Source of the DNA: a virus
DNA length: 64,000 bases
Direction: 5' to 3' (one strand)
Virus genome (UHGV): UHGV-1682877
Part shown: in pieces, positions 24,793-33,210 of the stretch
Position numbering within the stretch: position 1 is the stretch's first letter
How the letters are laid out: each line of letters opens with the position of its first letter
Notes under the pieces: generated by a model
Databases searched by the model: none
What the model was told of the DNA's origin: nothing
What the model saw: only the letters and a program-made list of their open reading frames with translations
Made by a program: the position numbers and the translations under genes

Positions 24793-24987
24793 ATGAATAA
24801 GATTATTTTTAAAGCTAAGAATTGGACTATGACTTTTAGAACTAGACAGCAAGCCCTTAATTTTATCCGTAAAAATTCCATTAATCCTTATACTGCCAAT
24901 ATTTTGGTTCTTATTGGTACTCAGGATGTATTTCATTTGGGTTCTCCTCGTGCAGATCAGTATTTTGGACTGAAAAGAAAAAATTGA
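24793..24987 (+). CDS. hypothetical protein
   Basis: 64-aa ORF; AGAGGAGAA SD. Confidence 0.5.
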   Translation: MNKIIFKAKNWTMTFRTRQQALNFIRKNSINPYTANILVLIGTQDVFHLGSPRADQYFGLKRKN

Positions 24988-25025
24988 AAATTTAAAAAAA
25001 ATATGATATAATATTTAAGGAAAGA
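24984..25025 (+). promoter_or_regulatory. promoter of tRNA array 2 (-35 TTGAAA 24984-24989, extended -10 TGATATAAT)
   Basis: 17-bp spacing. Confidence 0.6.
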
Positions 25026-25099
25026 CTTGTACAGCAAATAAAGCTTAAAAGCACTTGACTGGTAATCAAGAAGAAAATGAGTCTTGCTTAAATATTCAT

Positions 25100-25185
25100 G
25101 TGGGCGTGATGAAATAGGAAAACATATCGCACTTAAAATGCGCTGCTAATCTAGCTTGTGGGTTCGAGTCCCATCGCCCACACCA
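25100..25185 (+). tRNA. tRNA-Leu (anticodon TAA), type II; CCA encoded
   Basis: Acceptor gtgggcg/cgcccac, anticodon loop cTTAAAa, variable-arm hairpin gcta-atc-tagc, T-arm gtgggttcgagtcccat. Confidence 0.7.
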
Positions 25186-25250
25186 TCTTTAAAACTGATA
25201 CTCTTTACTATTAGTTTTAAAGATAACAATGAACTTGAGTTTACTGATAT

Positions 25251-25327
25251 GCGTCTGTAACTCAACTGGATAGAGTAACTGCCTTCTAAGCAGTAAGCCA
25301 GGGGTTCGAGTCCCTTCAGGCGTACCA
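25251..25327 (+). tRNA. tRNA-Arg (anticodon TCT); CCA encoded
   Basis: Acceptor gcgtctg/caggcgt, D-stem actc/gagt, anticodon stem actgc/gcagt with loop cTTCTAa, T-arm aggggttcgagtccctt. Confidence 0.8.
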
Positions 25328-25329
25328 AG

Positions 25330-25512
25330 CAGAACTATAATAGGCAACAAAAGGAAATAGCTGATGTGAAAGGCATCTTGTCTTGCTGACATGACAATAA
25401 ACTTTGAACGGGCGTATAATGCGTATCGTGCCTGCGGGTGTAGAGTCAGAAAAGTAGGGGAATAATTGAGGAGCAGCTATAGGTGAGGCCCCACCTCCAC
25501 CTTCCTTAATAT
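25330..25512 (+). ncRNA. GC-enriched non-coding segment between tRNA-Arg and tRNA-Ser; candidate structured RNA of unknown class
   Basis: No + strand ORF with SD; several GC-rich hairpins such as aggtgagg-cccc-acctccacc. Confidence 0.3.
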
Positions 25513-25604
25513 GGGGCAATGGCAGAGTTTGGCTTATTGCACTTGTCTTGAAAACAAGCAAACTAGCAATAGTTTCACTGGTTCAAATCCAGTTTGCCCC
25601 GCCA
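25513..25604 (+). tRNA. tRNA-Ser (anticodon TGA), type II; CCA encoded
   Basis: Acceptor ggggcaa/ttgcccc, anticodon stem cttgt/acaag with loop cTTGAAa, long variable arm, T-arm actggttcaaatccagt. Confidence 0.8.
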
Positions 25605-25608
25605 ATAA

Positions 25609-25682
25609 GCAGGTATAGTTTAATGATAGAACTCTGGACTTCCACTCCAGCGATGCGGGTTTGATTCCCGTTACTTGCTCCA
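25609..25682 (+). tRNA. tRNA-Gly (anticodon TCC); CCA encoded
   Basis: Acceptor gcaggta/tacttgc, anticodon stem ctgga/tccag with loop cTTCCAc, T-arm gcgggtttgattcccgt. Confidence 0.8.
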
Positions 25683-25745
25683 TAAAGATACTCACAGCAA
25701 TTTATTTTTTATAATGGGTATAAAAAAATAAAGTATCTTGTATTT

Positions 25746-25821
25746 GCTAACGTGGCGCAACAGGTAGCGCAGCGGCCTTGTAAACCGCAGGTTAAGAGTT
25801 CAAGTCTCTTCGTTAGCTCCA
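25746..25821 (+). tRNA. tRNA-Thr (anticodon TGT); CCA encoded
   Basis: Acceptor gctaacg/cgttagc, anticodon stem gcggc/accgc with loop cTTGTAa, T-arm aagagttcaagtctctt. Confidence 0.85.
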
Positions 25822-25823
25822 AT

Positions 25824-25899
25824 GGTTCGCTAGTTCATTAGGTAGAACACTTGCCTTTTAAGCAAGATGTGCTGGGTTCAAATCCCAGGCGAGCCACCA
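25824..25899 (+). tRNA. tRNA-Lys (anticodon TTT); CCA encoded
   Basis: Acceptor ggttcgc/gcgagcc, D-stem gttc/gaac, anticodon stem cttgc/gcaag with loop cTTTTAa, T-arm ctgggttcaaatcccag. Confidence 0.85.
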
Positions 25900-26274
25900 T
25901 TAGTCTTATCATACAGACGTAAAATAAATGAGTACCCCAGATAATGCTGAACTGGGTATCCGGGTATCGGGAGAATTAGTCTGGCAACTGTTGAAGCGAC
26001 GATACTGCGTGACCAGGCATAAGGGCGACCTAAGTCGTTAGCTATGGGTAAACAGGTTGATAGCCGCATAGTAAAATGTTTCCTTGCGTCATTAAAATGC
26101 AAGGCGTTATAGGAGAGACGGCGGAGCATTACTCATCTCCACTCCTTCTGCTACGAGAAGTAGAAAATCAAGGCTTCTGAGAAATGCTAATGAGAATGGT
26201 CAACCTCTGATTAAAAAAGGACTAAAGCTAGCTTAGGTTTTAGGTTATCCTCCTTACGAGGGAAAACCTTATTT
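25900..26274 (+). ncRNA. approximately 375-nt GC-enriched non-coding segment between tRNA-Lys and tRNA-Leu(CAA); candidate structured RNA of unknown class
   Basis: No credible + strand ORF; GC content visibly above surroundings; not tmRNA-like and lacks RNase P P4 motifs by eye. Confidence 0.3.
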
Positions 26275-26358
26275 GCCAGAATGTTGGAATTGGTAGACAA
26301 AGAAGTCTCAAAAACTTTCGCTTTATGCGTGCGGGTTCGAATCCCGCTTCTGGTACCA
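26275..26358 (+). tRNA. tRNA-Leu (anticodon CAA), type II; CCA encoded
   Basis: Acceptor gccagaa/ttctggt, D-loop gaattggtaga, anticodon stem gaagt/acttt with loop cTCAAAa, variable arm cgctttatgcgtg, T-arm gcgggttcgaatcccgc. Confidence 0.8.
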
Positions 26359-26394
26359 TTATATTTTTAAATTATTTATAAAGACCTTAACAGC

Positions 26395-26520
26395 AAAGAC
26401 TTGGACAGTAAATCCGTAGCTTAAAGTTGCGCAGGTTCAAATCCTGCCCTCCACACCATATGTGGAGGTAGAGAAGTGGTTAAACTCCGCGGAACCAAAA
26501 ACAAATGGTCTAGGAATTAT
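26395..26520 (+). ncRNA. candidate Y-RNA-like ncRNA with permuted tRNA-like module, immediately upstream of Ro60-like gene
   Basis: T-arm gcaggttcaaatcctgc (26431-26447), closed acceptor-like hairpin cctccaca-cca-tatgtggagg (26448-26468), D-arm-like gaga-agtggttaaa-ctc (26471-26487); terminator-like hairpin at 26522-26541. Confidence 0.35.
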
Positions 26521-26570
26521 TTCTCTCTTGCCTAAGAGAGAAAACTAAAAAACAAAAGGAGAAAGTTATT

Positions 26571-28094
26571 ATGGAAAATAAGATGCTTAATATTTTGAAG
26601 GAAAAGAATACTCATTCTATCACTGAGAACGGCGGTTTGACTTATAATTCTACTATGAATGGAATTATGGATTTGTTTGCTCTTGGTGGTGCTTATCGAA
26701 ATCGCTCAGATGATGATTGTATTTTTCTTTTTAAGAAGGCTTTTGAGGAAGATATTTCTTATGCTTTGAAGTGTCTCTTTTATTTGCGAGACGTACGCGG
26801 TGGACAGGGAGAACGCAGATTTTTTAAGGTCGTAACTTCTTGGTTGGCAGTTAATCACACCGAGGAAATGCGTAGAAATCTGAAGTATGTTCCTGAGTAT
26901 GGTCGCTGGGATGATTTGTATGCTTTTGTTGATACTCCGCTTGAGGCAGATGCTTTTAAGACTATGTATCATCAGCTTGCTCTTGATGTTCAGTGTAAAA
27001 CTCCTTCTCTTTTGGCTAAGTGGTTGAAGTCTGAAAATACTTCTTCTGCAGAATCTCGTATGCTTGGAGCTAAAACCAGAATGGCTTTTAATATGTCTCC
27101 TAAGCAGTATCGCAAGATTCTCTCTATTCTTCGTGAAAGAATTAGAGTTTTGGAAAGACTGATGAGTGAAAACCGTTGGGATGAAATTGAATTTGATAAG
27201 ATTCCTTCTAAGGCAGGTCTAAAGTATCGCAATGCTTTTGCAAAGCACGATATTGAAAGAGAAAAGTCTAATAAGGTAACTTATGAAGAGTTTGTAAAGG
27301 ATTCTAATACTAAGGTCAATGCTGATACTTTGAATCCCGCAGATGTAGTTCATGCTGTTGTTTCTAAATTTCCCTATTATAGAGGAAATTTTAATGGAAC
27401 TGATGTGGAGAGAGCTGCACTCAATAAGTATTGGGATAATCTAAAGGATTATTTTAATAATGCTGTTTTTGACGGTGTTGCTGTCGTTGATACTTCTGGT
27501 TCTATGTGTGGTTTTTATGGTAGTGAGAAAACTATTGCACCTATTGATGTAGCTATTTCTCTTGGTATGTATTGTGCTGAGAAGTGTAATCCCAATTCTC
27601 CCTGGTATGGACATTATATTACTTTTTCCCGAACTGCAAGATTGGTACCTGTTGAAGGTATTGATTTTGTTGATAAGGTGCGTAGAATTTATCAAAAGAA
27701 TCTTTGTGAGAATACCAACATTAAAAGTATTTTTGATTTGCTATTGAGCAATGCTATTAAATATAATATTCCTAATGAAGAAATGCCTAAAAACATTGTA
27801 ATCATTAGTGATATGGAATTTGATTATTGCGCTGGTTACTATAATAGTGATGAATACAAGTCTGAAATGGAAAAGATTATGCAAGTTTGGAACTCTCATG
27901 GTTACACTACTCCACATTTGATTTTCTGGAATGTTGACGCTCGAAATGATAATATTCCCATGAAGATGAAGGATGGTATTACTTTTATTTCTGGTTATTC
28001 TGCGGTAACTTATGAAATGTTGATGACTGGTAAAACTGGTTTTGATTTGGTTTTGGAAAAGTTGAACAATAAGAGATATGAGGTAATCAAGTAA
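26571..28094 (+). CDS. vWA-domain protein with Ro60/Rsr-like (TROVE + vWA) architecture
   Basis: 507 aa; MIDAS-type VVDTSGSM about 300 aa from N-terminus; N-terminal ENGGLTY ... LGGAYR resembles TROVE start; AAAAGGAGAA SD. Confidence 0.5.
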   Translation: MENKMLNILKEKNTHSITENGGLTYNSTMNGIMDLFALGGAYRNRSDDDCIFLFKKAFEEDISYALKCLFYLRDVRGGQGERRFFKVVTSWLAVNHTEEMRRNLKYVPEYGRWDDLYAFVDTPLEADAFKTMYHQLALDVQCKTPSLLAKWLKSENTSSAESRMLGAKTRMAFNMSPKQYRKILSILRERIRVLERLMSENRWDEIEFDKIPSKAGLKYRNAFAKHDIEREKSNKVTYEEFVKDSNTKVNADTLNPADVVHAVVSKFPYYRGNFNGTDVERAALNKYWDNLKDYFNNAVFDGVAVVDTSGSMCGFYGSEKTIAPIDVAISLGMYCAEKCNPNSPWYGHYITFSRTARLVPVEGIDFVDKVRRIYQKNLCENTNIKSIFDLLLSNAIKYNIPNEEMPKNIVIISDMEFDYCAGYYNSDEYKSEMEKIMQVWNSHGYTTPHLIFWNVDARNDNIPMKMKDGITFISGYSAVTYEMLMTGKTGFDLVLEKLNNKRYEVIK

Positions 28095-28105
28095 ATAGTA
28101 TTTTA

Positions 28106-28134
28106 AGAGAGGTAAAATTACCTCTCTTTTTTTA
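28106..28134 (+). terminator. rho-independent terminator (agagaggta / tacctctct + T-run)
   Basis: Read directly. Confidence 0.7.
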
Positions 28135-28148
28135 TAAGGAGGATTAAA

Positions 28149-29210
28149 ATGATATTATTAAATGATGATAATAGACACAGAGATTTTACAGGTGTAACTC
28201 GTTTTCACAATGCAGGTTATTTTGGAGAAAGAGTAAATGCCGCAAGTGGAGAAACCTGGGATGTTAATAGATATAATCCAGATAATTTAGTAAGAAATTG
28301 CTTAAAGGATAAACAATTTTCAGATGAACATCCAATAAATACTGCGGCAACATTTTTTCAAGTAGCTCCAAAAGCTCATCTATTTATGCTTTATTCCATT
28401 GATGGCAGTTATGGTAGTGGAGATAATTATAACTCTAAATTTTTTAATGAATCAGTAGAAATTATTGAAAAATATAATATTACTAATATGTTTACCTCTT
28501 TAAATTGTAGTAGACATACTAAATTTTTTGAAGATTTAAAAAATTGGTATATTAAACATCCTAGTTTTAAACCCTTTTGGTGCGCAGGAAATGATTCTTC
28601 TAAAAAATATAATCCAATTATGGAAATTGAAGAAGTAATTGGTGTAGCCGCTTATACTTTAATGGTAAATGGTACAGTAAATCCTGCTTATTATTCTAGT
28701 ATTAGTAGTTATGTAGACTTTTCTGCACCTAGTATGATTTATTTAAATCCGCAAGCTACAAAACCAGACGCAGCAACTTATTCCAATTCTGGTACTTCTT
28801 TTTCTACACCTTGGTTATGTGGAATGAGCTGTTTAGTAGATGATTTCTTTATTGATAAAAAAGGATTACCTCTAACAAGAGAAGGAATGATTCAATTCTT
28901 TAAAGATAATTGTAAAGATATAGGCGATAAGGGTATTGATCCAAAAACAGGATTTGGCGCAGTAATTTTACCTGAACCAAATTCTATTGATATTGATAAA
29001 TATTATAATATTGGGAGGACAAATATGAGTACATTAGATAAATTTAAAGATAAAAATGATATTTCTAATTGGGCTAAAGCAAGTATTGAATGGGCTGTTA
29101 ATACAGGTATTCTTCAAGGTGACGATAAAGGCTATCTTTTACCCAAAGCTTACCTAACTAGAGAGCAAATGGCAGTTATGTTAGAGCGTTTTAAAAATAT
29201 TATAAAATAA
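28149..29210 (+). CDS. subtilisin-like serine protease (S8) with C-terminal SLH-like cell-wall-binding domain
   Basis: GTSFSTPW matches subtilase Ser motif; C-terminal W..A...G...GD..G...P...LTREQ..VMLERF is SLH-like and paralogous to the C-terminus of the 36251 ORF. Confidence 0.6.
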   Translation: MILLNDDNRHRDFTGVTRFHNAGYFGERVNAASGETWDVNRYNPDNLVRNCLKDKQFSDEHPINTAATFFQVAPKAHLFMLYSIDGSYGSGDNYNSKFFNESVEIIEKYNITNMFTSLNCSRHTKFFEDLKNWYIKHPSFKPFWCAGNDSSKKYNPIMEIEEVIGVAAYTLMVNGTVNPAYYSSISSYVDFSAPSMIYLNPQATKPDAATYSNSGTSFSTPWLCGMSCLVDDFFIDKKGLPLTREGMIQFFKDNCKDIGDKGIDPKTGFGAVILPEPNSIDIDKYYNIGRTNMSTLDKFKDKNDISNWAKASIEWAVNTGILQGDDKGYLLPKAYLTREQMAVMLERFKNIIK

Positions 29211-29214
29211 TTTT

Positions 29215-29247
29215 AAGGGAGTCAAAATGACTCCCTTTTTATTTTTT
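29215..29247 (+). terminator. rho-independent terminator (aagggagtc / gactccctt + T-run)
   Basis: Read directly. Confidence 0.7.
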
Positions 29248-29285
29248 TAAAAAAATATTATATAATATATATAGAAAGTTAAGGA
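29240..29285 (+). promoter_or_regulatory. sigma70-like promoter (-10 TATAAT 29261-29266) with leader
   Basis: Family consensus. Confidence 0.55.
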
Positions 29286-29315
29286 ATAAATAAATAAGAA
29301 AGAAGTTGAAATTTT

Positions 29316-29585
29316 ATGATTTATAGAAAAAGCAAATACAGTAAAGATCAGACTGCAATTTGGCAAGGTGAAACTGCGGTTATTCTTGCTCAATCAGCAG
29401 AAGCTATGACAATAGATGAAATTAAAAACAATAGTATTCAATTAACAGGTGTTTCTACTCAAAAAATGGCTAGGATTCTTGGGCATTTGATTGAAATGGG
29501 TATGGTAACAAAAGCAAAAAGCAAAAGTGGAAAAATGGTCTATAAATCTTTGGCAGTAATGGAAATGCAAGGTTATGAAATTTAA
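29316..29585 (+). CDS. hypothetical protein
   Basis: 89-aa ORF; SD AAGAAAGAAG. Confidence 0.5.
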   Translation: MIYRKSKYSKDQTAIWQGETAVILAQSAEAMTIDEIKNNSIQLTGVSTQKMARILGHLIEMGMVTKAKSKSGKMVYKSLAVMEMQGYEI

Positions 29586-29604
29586 ATAAAGGAGTTTGAT
29601 ATTT

Positions 29605-30873
29605 ATGGCATACTATGGTTTAGTAACTAAAATTGAAAATGTAAGAAAAGACCCTAATTCTGATAGACTCTATTTGGCTGATTGTTTTAGAGAAGGAGTT
29701 ATTGTAGGCCCTAATATGAAGGAAAGCGAGTTGGTTCTTTATCTTCCTACTGATGGAGCTATTGAGCGTTGGTTTGGTGATGAGTTTAAACTTTTCCGCA
29801 AGAATTTAGATGGTACCGCGCAAGGTGGTTATTTGGAAAATAATGCTCATATTAGAGCAATTAAGCTAAGAGGTAATGAATCTTCTGGTATTGTTATTTC
29901 TTATTCTACTATTGTTGAGCATTTTGGTGAGCAAAATTGGAAAGATGGCGATCAGGTCACTGAAATTAATAATAAGCTATTTTGTTATAAATATATTCCT
30001 AAACCTTCGGCTATTCCTCGCACTACTCCTAAAACTTCTTATAAAGGTCGTAAAGCAGCTGGAATTAAGTATCCTGATTTTGCCATGCATATTGATACTG
30101 CCCAATTAGCTTACAATCTTGGAATTTTTAGACCTGGAGATAAAATTAATCTAACCCTTAAAATGCATGGAACTAGCCAGCGTAGTGCATATACTTGGGC
30201 AGAATATCCTATGTCTTGGTTTAGAAAGCTATTTCACATGAAACCTAAGAGAAAGTTGCAGTATGTTTTAGGTACTCGTAGAACTGTTGTTACTACTGAT
30301 GGGGTAGGTTATTATGGTAATGACAAATTTAGATTTAGTCACCATGAAGCTTTAAAACCTTATCTCGATGAAGGTATGGAAGTTTTTTATGAAGTAGTTG
30401 GTTGGTATGGAGCAAAAGAAAATGAAACTATTATGCCAATTGTAGATAATAGTAAAATTAATGACAAGAAATTTATGAAAAAGTTTGGTAAGTATACTAC
30501 TTTTTCTTATGGTTGTACTCCTGGTCATTCTGCAATGTGGATTTATAGAATTACTTCTCATAATGGTGAATATGAATATTCTCCAGAGGAAATTACTACT
30601 TGGTGTAATGAATATGGTTTTAATCGTGTTCCTATTATTGAGGATTTTGAATTTACTACTGTTGATGACTTGCTCGCTAAAATTGACAAATATTTTGAAG
30701 ATATTGTTGACCCAGTTGGTTTAACTCATGTTAAAGAAGGTGTAGTAGTTAGAATTGCTAATAGACGTACTTTTACTGCATTAAAACAAAAAACCTGGGA
30801 GTTTAAAGTCCTTGAAGGTCTAGTTAAAGATACTGAAACCCAGCCCGATATGGAAGAAGCACAGGAGGTTTAA
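29605..30873 (+). CDS. ATP-dependent RNA ligase-like protein (Rnl2/Rnl5-type KxHGT motif) with N-terminal extra domain
   Basis: KMHGTS resembles nucleotidyltransferase motif I of T4 Rnl2 (KIHGTN); N-terminal region has OB/tRNA-binding-like motif IKLRGNESSGIV; ATG 29605 after AAAGGAG. Confidence 0.5.
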   Translation: MAYYGLVTKIENVRKDPNSDRLYLADCFREGVIVGPNMKESELVLYLPTDGAIERWFGDEFKLFRKNLDGTAQGGYLENNAHIRAIKLRGNESSGIVISYSTIVEHFGEQNWKDGDQVTEINNKLFCYKYIPKPSAIPRTTPKTSYKGRKAAGIKYPDFAMHIDTAQLAYNLGIFRPGDKINLTLKMHGTSQRSAYTWAEYPMSWFRKLFHMKPKRKLQYVLGTRRTVVTTDGVGYYGNDKFRFSHHEALKPYLDEGMEVFYEVVGWYGAKENETIMPIVDNSKINDKKFMKKFGKYTTFSYGCTPGHSAMWIYRITSHNGEYEYSPEEITTWCNEYGFNRVPIIEDFEFTTVDDLLAKIDKYFEDIVDPVGLTHVKEGVVVRIANRRTFTALKQKTWEFKVLEGLVKDTETQPDMEEAQEV

Positions 30874-30875
30874 AT

Positions 30876-31325
30876 ATGACTTTAGAAATTATGCACAATG
30901 ACATGATGCAGGCTTTGAAGAATGGTGATACTCAAAAGAAGAATGTACTTTCCAATATGATTGGTGAAGTACAAAAAGCAGCAATTACGCCAAAAGGCAG
31001 AATTGAAATTACCGAAGAGCTTGTTAATAATACTTTAATCAAGTATCAAAAGATGATTCAAGAAATGATTGATACTTGTCCAGAAAACCGCAAAGAGTTA
31101 TTTATTCAATATAATCTTGATATGGCTGTTGTAAAGCAGTATGCACCACAACTTCTCACTGACAAAAAAGCAATTAAAACTCAAATTGAAAAGATGCTTG
31201 CAGAAAATGAGCTTGATGCAATTAAGGCAAATAAAGGTAGAGCAATGAAACTTTTTGCTCCTGTTTTTAAGGGTAAGGCAGATATGAAAATTGTTAATCA
31301 AATTGTGTCGGAGGTAATGACCTAA
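30876..31325 (+). CDS. GatB/YqeY-domain protein
   Basis: N-terminus and length typical of YqeY-like proteins; CAGGAGG SD. Confidence 0.45.
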   Translation: MTLEIMHNDMMQALKNGDTQKKNVLSNMIGEVQKAAITPKGRIEITEELVNNTLIKYQKMIQEMIDTCPENRKELFIQYNLDMAVVKQYAPQLLTDKKAIKTQIEKMLAENELDAIKANKGRAMKLFAPVFKGKADMKIVNQIVSEVMT

Positions 31326-31326
31326 T

Positions 31327-31506
31327 ATGTTTCATTTAATAATGACGATTATTTGGGGTATCTTAATGTGTGTTAATGGAGTTTTGCTATGTGAAACAAT
31401 TTTACACAATAGATATAAAGAAAAGAAAATGCGTATTTTCTGGTTCCTTTTTTGCGTATTTTGGTTTATTTTTGAAATCTTGCGGCTCGGAGGCTTTATT
31501 CTTTGA
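31327..31506 (+). CDS. hypothetical small membrane protein (59 aa)
   Basis: ATG 1 nt after previous stop; two hydrophobic segments. Confidence 0.4.
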   Translation: MFHLIMTIIWGILMCVNGVLLCETILHNRYKEKKMRIFWFLFCVFWFIFEILRLGGFIL

Positions 31507-31721
31507 AAATTGTAATTGATAAAAAAGATTTTATGGAATATATTCGTGCTATGGTAGATAAGGATTTTGACAATTTTATGTTTGCAAATCCTTATGCGAC
31601 GAAAGAAGATTATATTAATTTATATTATTCTTTTGATACAATTCATAATTTAGATGATATTTGTGAAGAAGAATATTGTAAAAGAATTATTAATGGTGAA
31701 ATAGAAGAAATTGAAGATTGA
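31503..31721 (+). CDS. hypothetical protein (TTG start)
   Basis: 72-aa ORF; acidic. Confidence 0.4.
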   Translation: MKIVIDKKDFMEYIRAMVDKDFDNFMFANPYATKEDYINLYYSFDTIHNLDDICEEEYCKRIINGEIEEIED

Positions 31722-31725
31722 AAGA

Positions 31726-31770
31726 ATTAAGGGCAAAGATTAAGATCTTTTGCCCTTAATTTATTTTTTT
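31726..31770 (+). terminator. rho-independent terminator (ttaagggcaaaagat / atcttttgcccttaa + T-run)
   Basis: Read directly. Confidence 0.7.
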
Positions 31771-31805
31771 AAAAATTTATATTATAATATATATAGAAAG
31801 TTAAG
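31762..31805 (+). promoter_or_regulatory. sigma70-like promoter (-10 TATAAT 31783-31788) with leader
   Basis: Family consensus. Confidence 0.55.
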
Positions 31806-31821
31806 AAAGGAATTGATATTT

Positions 31822-32535
31822 ATGAATAAGAGTAAAGTTTATTGTTTTACTGACCTTCATGGCAATTCAAATTTGTTTAAGCAGATTAAAAATTTCATTC
31901 AAGCAGAAGATAAAGTGTTCGTGCTGGGTGATGTAATTGACAGAGGGACAGAAGGTTGGAAAATACTTAAAGAAATTTTAAAAGATGAAAGATTTACTCT
32001 TCTTAAAGGAAATCATGAACAAATGTTAGTAGATTCTGGAAGAGAATTTTTAAAAAATGAAAGATGTCTATATGGAGATGATATTTATCGTCACATGAAT
32101 AATGGAGGTTTATCTACTTTACTAGACTGGTCTAAAGAAAAAAATGCTATTGAGTATTTAAATTTAATTAATAAACTTCCAGTTTATGAACAATACACTA
32201 ATAAAAATGGAATTAAAATTCATTTAAGTCATGCAGGTTTTTCTCCTAATAATATTTCTGGTGATGAATTTGATTTTCTTTGGAATAGATTACATTATAA
32301 ATTTAGATGTTTAATTAATCCAAATGAATTAATTATTCATGGCCATACCCCAATTCCTCTAATGATAGAAGATATAGGAGAATTTCGCAATCCTCCCAAA
32401 TATGAAGGTGGAGCTTGTTGGTATAATAATAATCAAAAGGTTAATCTTGATTTAGGTACTCATTGGAGTAAGCAAATTATCCTTTTTGATTTAGATACTT
32501 TTGATGAACATATCTTTTCTGCTCAAGGAGAATAA
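31822..32535 (+). CDS. calcineurin-like metallophosphoesterase
   Basis: TDLHGN, GDVIDRG and GNHE motifs; internal ATG of track ORF 31750..32535 follows AAGAAAGGA SD. Confidence 0.7.
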   Translation: MNKSKVYCFTDLHGNSNLFKQIKNFIQAEDKVFVLGDVIDRGTEGWKILKEILKDERFTLLKGNHEQMLVDSGREFLKNERCLYGDDIYRHMNNGGLSTLLDWSKEKNAIEYLNLINKLPVYEQYTNKNGIKIHLSHAGFSPNNISGDEFDFLWNRLHYKFRCLINPNELIIHGHTPIPLMIEDIGEFRNPPKYEGGACWYNNNQKVNLDLGTHWSKQIILFDLDTFDEHIFSAQGE

Positions 32536-32537
32536 TT

Positions 32538-32942
32538 ATGATACTATTAATACTAGGATTAACATTACCTTTTACTGGAGCAATAATTTTAGGTTGTTTT
32601 ATATATGATTATGATGAATATAAACTAGATTGTAAAATTGTAAGGAAACATAAATATGTAGTTTTAAAATTAAAAGAATTTATTTCTTTCTATAATTTAA
32701 GTCCAGAAAATTATGAACTACAAAAATATTCGGTTGTTTTTTTAAAGCCTTTCTCTACACGAAAATATTTAACAGACAATAATATACGTATTATTTTTAC
32801 AAATTATGTAGAAATGTTAAAATATAAAATTTGGAAAAAGACAGAAATTAAAAAAATAAATACAGAAAAAGAAAGAAAAGAACTTAAAGAATATTTTGAA
32901 ATTGTAAAAAAACAAATTGAGGAGTTTGATAAAAATGTCTAA
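32538..32942 (+). CDS. hypothetical protein
   Basis: 134-aa ORF; AAGGAGAA SD. Confidence 0.55.
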   Translation: MILLILGLTLPFTGAIILGCFIYDYDEYKLDCKIVRKHKYVVLKLKEFISFYNLSPENYELQKYSVVFLKPFSTRKYLTDNNIRIIFTNYVEMLKYKIWKKTEIKKINTEKERKELKEYFEIVKKQIEEFDKNV

Positions 32943-33210
32943 AGACCCTAGAAAATATGAAATGCATGATTTTTATTGTATGAATTGCGGAAAGAAGTCA
33001 ATGTCAATTCCTCGATTAAGAGGACGTTTTAGAGAAGTTGGGCATAAGAAAGTTATGTATTGCCCTCATTGTAAAGAAACTGTTAATATGGTAGAATGTA
33101 GAAATGATGAAGAAGCGTATAATTTTAAACTAGATTTTGAAGAAGGACTTTTTAAAGAAGAAGCACAAAATAGTATTTCTTATGTAAAGGAGTTTGGTAT
33201 TTATGATTAA
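32917..33210 (+). CDS. hypothetical zinc-ribbon protein
   Basis: CMNCG ... CPHC. Confidence 0.5.
   Translation: MRSLIKMSKDPRKYEMHDFYCMNCGKKSMSIPRLRGRFREVGHKKVMYCPHCKETVNMVECRNDEEAYNFKLDFEEGLFKEEAQNSISYVKEFGIYD

Noticed and set aside
25146-25561. Minus-strand ORFs 25146..25328, 25189..25392 and 25316..25561
   Set aside because: They lie across + strand tRNA genes and the GC-rich non-coding island; translations such as GLEPL are the usual reverse-frame shadow of tRNA T-arms, and no other gene in the window is on the minus strand.
25878-26129. Minus-strand ORF of 83 aa inside the 375-nt GC-rich island
   Set aside because: No SD, opposite strand to every credible gene, and GC-rich sequence inflates random ORF length in an AT-rich genome; more likely structured RNA.
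25900-26274. tmRNA, RNase P RNA or group I intron assignment for the GC-rich island
   Set aside because: No tRNA-Ala-like acceptor/T-arm pair at the ends, no recognisable tag reading frame, no P4-type RNase P motifs and no obvious group I P7 core by eye; left as unknown pending covariance-model search.
14400-26400. Stop-codon reassignment (suppressor tRNA)
   Set aside because: None of the tRNAs I folded has a CTA, TTA or TCA anticodon, and genes end at TAA, TGA and TAG without obvious in-frame read-through; the TAA anticodons are Leu-type (read UUA), not ochre suppressors.
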